A DNA stretch of 64,000 nt from Camelus dromedarius (lineage: Eukaryota). Shown in pieces: positions 62,971-64,000 of this stretch (positions within the stretch are counted from its first letter, which is position 1; the number at the start of each line of letters is the position of its first letter). Under the pieces are notes generated by a model that saw only the letters and a list, made by a program, of their open reading frames with translations, did no database searches and was not told where the DNA came from. The translations under genes and the position numbers were made by a program. The DNA lies in the NCBI RefSeq assembly GCF_036321535.1, contig NC_087437.1, positions 64,172,001 to 64,236,000 of the forward strand. The letters run 5' to 3'.

Positions 62971-64000
62971 GAGATCTCCTCTCACCTGGCAGGCCACCTC
63001 TGCTGGCTGCATGGACTGACCCCTGGGTAAAACGGGTCTTTCAGTTCAGAGCGCTCCGAGAGGGCTTGCAAAGCTGTTGGCTTAGTGGGCTGGGCCCTAG
63101 AGTGGGAGAGATCAGGCCGGTGTGGGTGCAGGGGTAGCCAATCCACAGTAAGAGGGCTCCAGGGAGGCTCCTGTGAGGAGCCTTCTCCATAGACATGGCC
63201 CTGCTTCTGAGAGCTGGGGACAGCAGGCTTGTCACTATGCCCAGCACAGCAGTGCCCAGTGTGTGCCGACCATCTAGGGTTTCATCTGGGGATGGGGGGA
63301 TGCCCTAAAGCAAGGGTGTGAGGACAAGAAAGGGTGATTCGTAGAACCCAGGGGATCTCTGTCCCCAAGTGACAAAACAGTGAGACCCAACAAGAAGAGA
63401 AACCCGCTCTGCGTGGTGTTGGGGAGGGGCAGGGCCTCCCAGCCTGAGGGTGAAGGCCCGGAGCAGAGGAACTTCTCAAAGACTGCCTGCTGGTGACTTC
63501 AGCTGCAGAGACACACGACCTTGACCTTTCCTTCTAAGTGAAATAGGGCGCAAGCGTTATGCAGAGATGCAGCATCTTTGCTGCAGAGGGAGGGAGGGAG
63601 AGAGGGAGCACGCCAGCGAGCATTTGTCTGGGTCCTGCCCTAGAAATGTTTCAAGTAATAAAATCAGGATGACTTAAGAAATCCATCTTGGCCTCCCACA
63701 GCCCTCTGTGTGCCCCAGTGAAGACAAAGAGGCCTGGGGACCCAGCCAGGTTCTGTGGCCCCTCAGTCTCCTCACCTGTAATTCAGGTGATGGGGTGAGG
63801 TGGTCCTGAGGTCCCCACTTACTCAGACCTCAGGTAGATCTGGAGATCTTTCTGAGGGTCAGAGGAAGGGTTGAGAAGAGATGCCACAAAGAAAGGAGAG
63901 GAGGGTAGAGATAGAGGAGAAGAGAGACAATTGAGGGAGCAGAAGAGCGGGGAGGAGGAGAAAGCCATGGTAAAGTGAGAAGGGCTGGTCTCCACCCCGC

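Noticed and set aside
1..64000. CRISPR arrays, operons or other prokaryotic systems
   Set aside because: The sequence is mammalian and repeat-rich; no regularly spaced repeat-spacer array or gene-dense region

Overview
Mammalian non-coding DNA, most likely camelid (alpaca, llama or camel), judged from a tRNA-Ala-derived Vic-1-type SINE. I could not support any intact protein-coding exon; the supplied ORFs look like chance or repeat-derived frames. The first landmark is a decayed ~8.7 kb class I (MER4-group-like) endogenous provirus at 9629-18370. It has two diverged LTRs, a tRNA-Leu-like primer-binding site (PBS), gag, integrase and env remnants, and five internal inserts: two solo LTRs, a SINE with a double A-tail, a retroposed LTR R-region fragment and a 9-bp-repeat-flanked segment. 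The second is a CpG-island promoter at ~32.0-34.6 kb with a probable non-coding first exon on + (donor GAG|GTGAGT at 33245/33246), followed by what looks like a >30 kb first intron of an unidentified gene. The rest is ancient repeats (MIR, L2, CR1/L3, MLT1, MER5A, L1M), younger L1 ends, microsatellites and a few motif-dense candidate enhancers. I found no convincing new biological system; the best leads are the retrotransposition oddities inside the ERV. Repeat family names are from recall of consensus sequences, not a database search.
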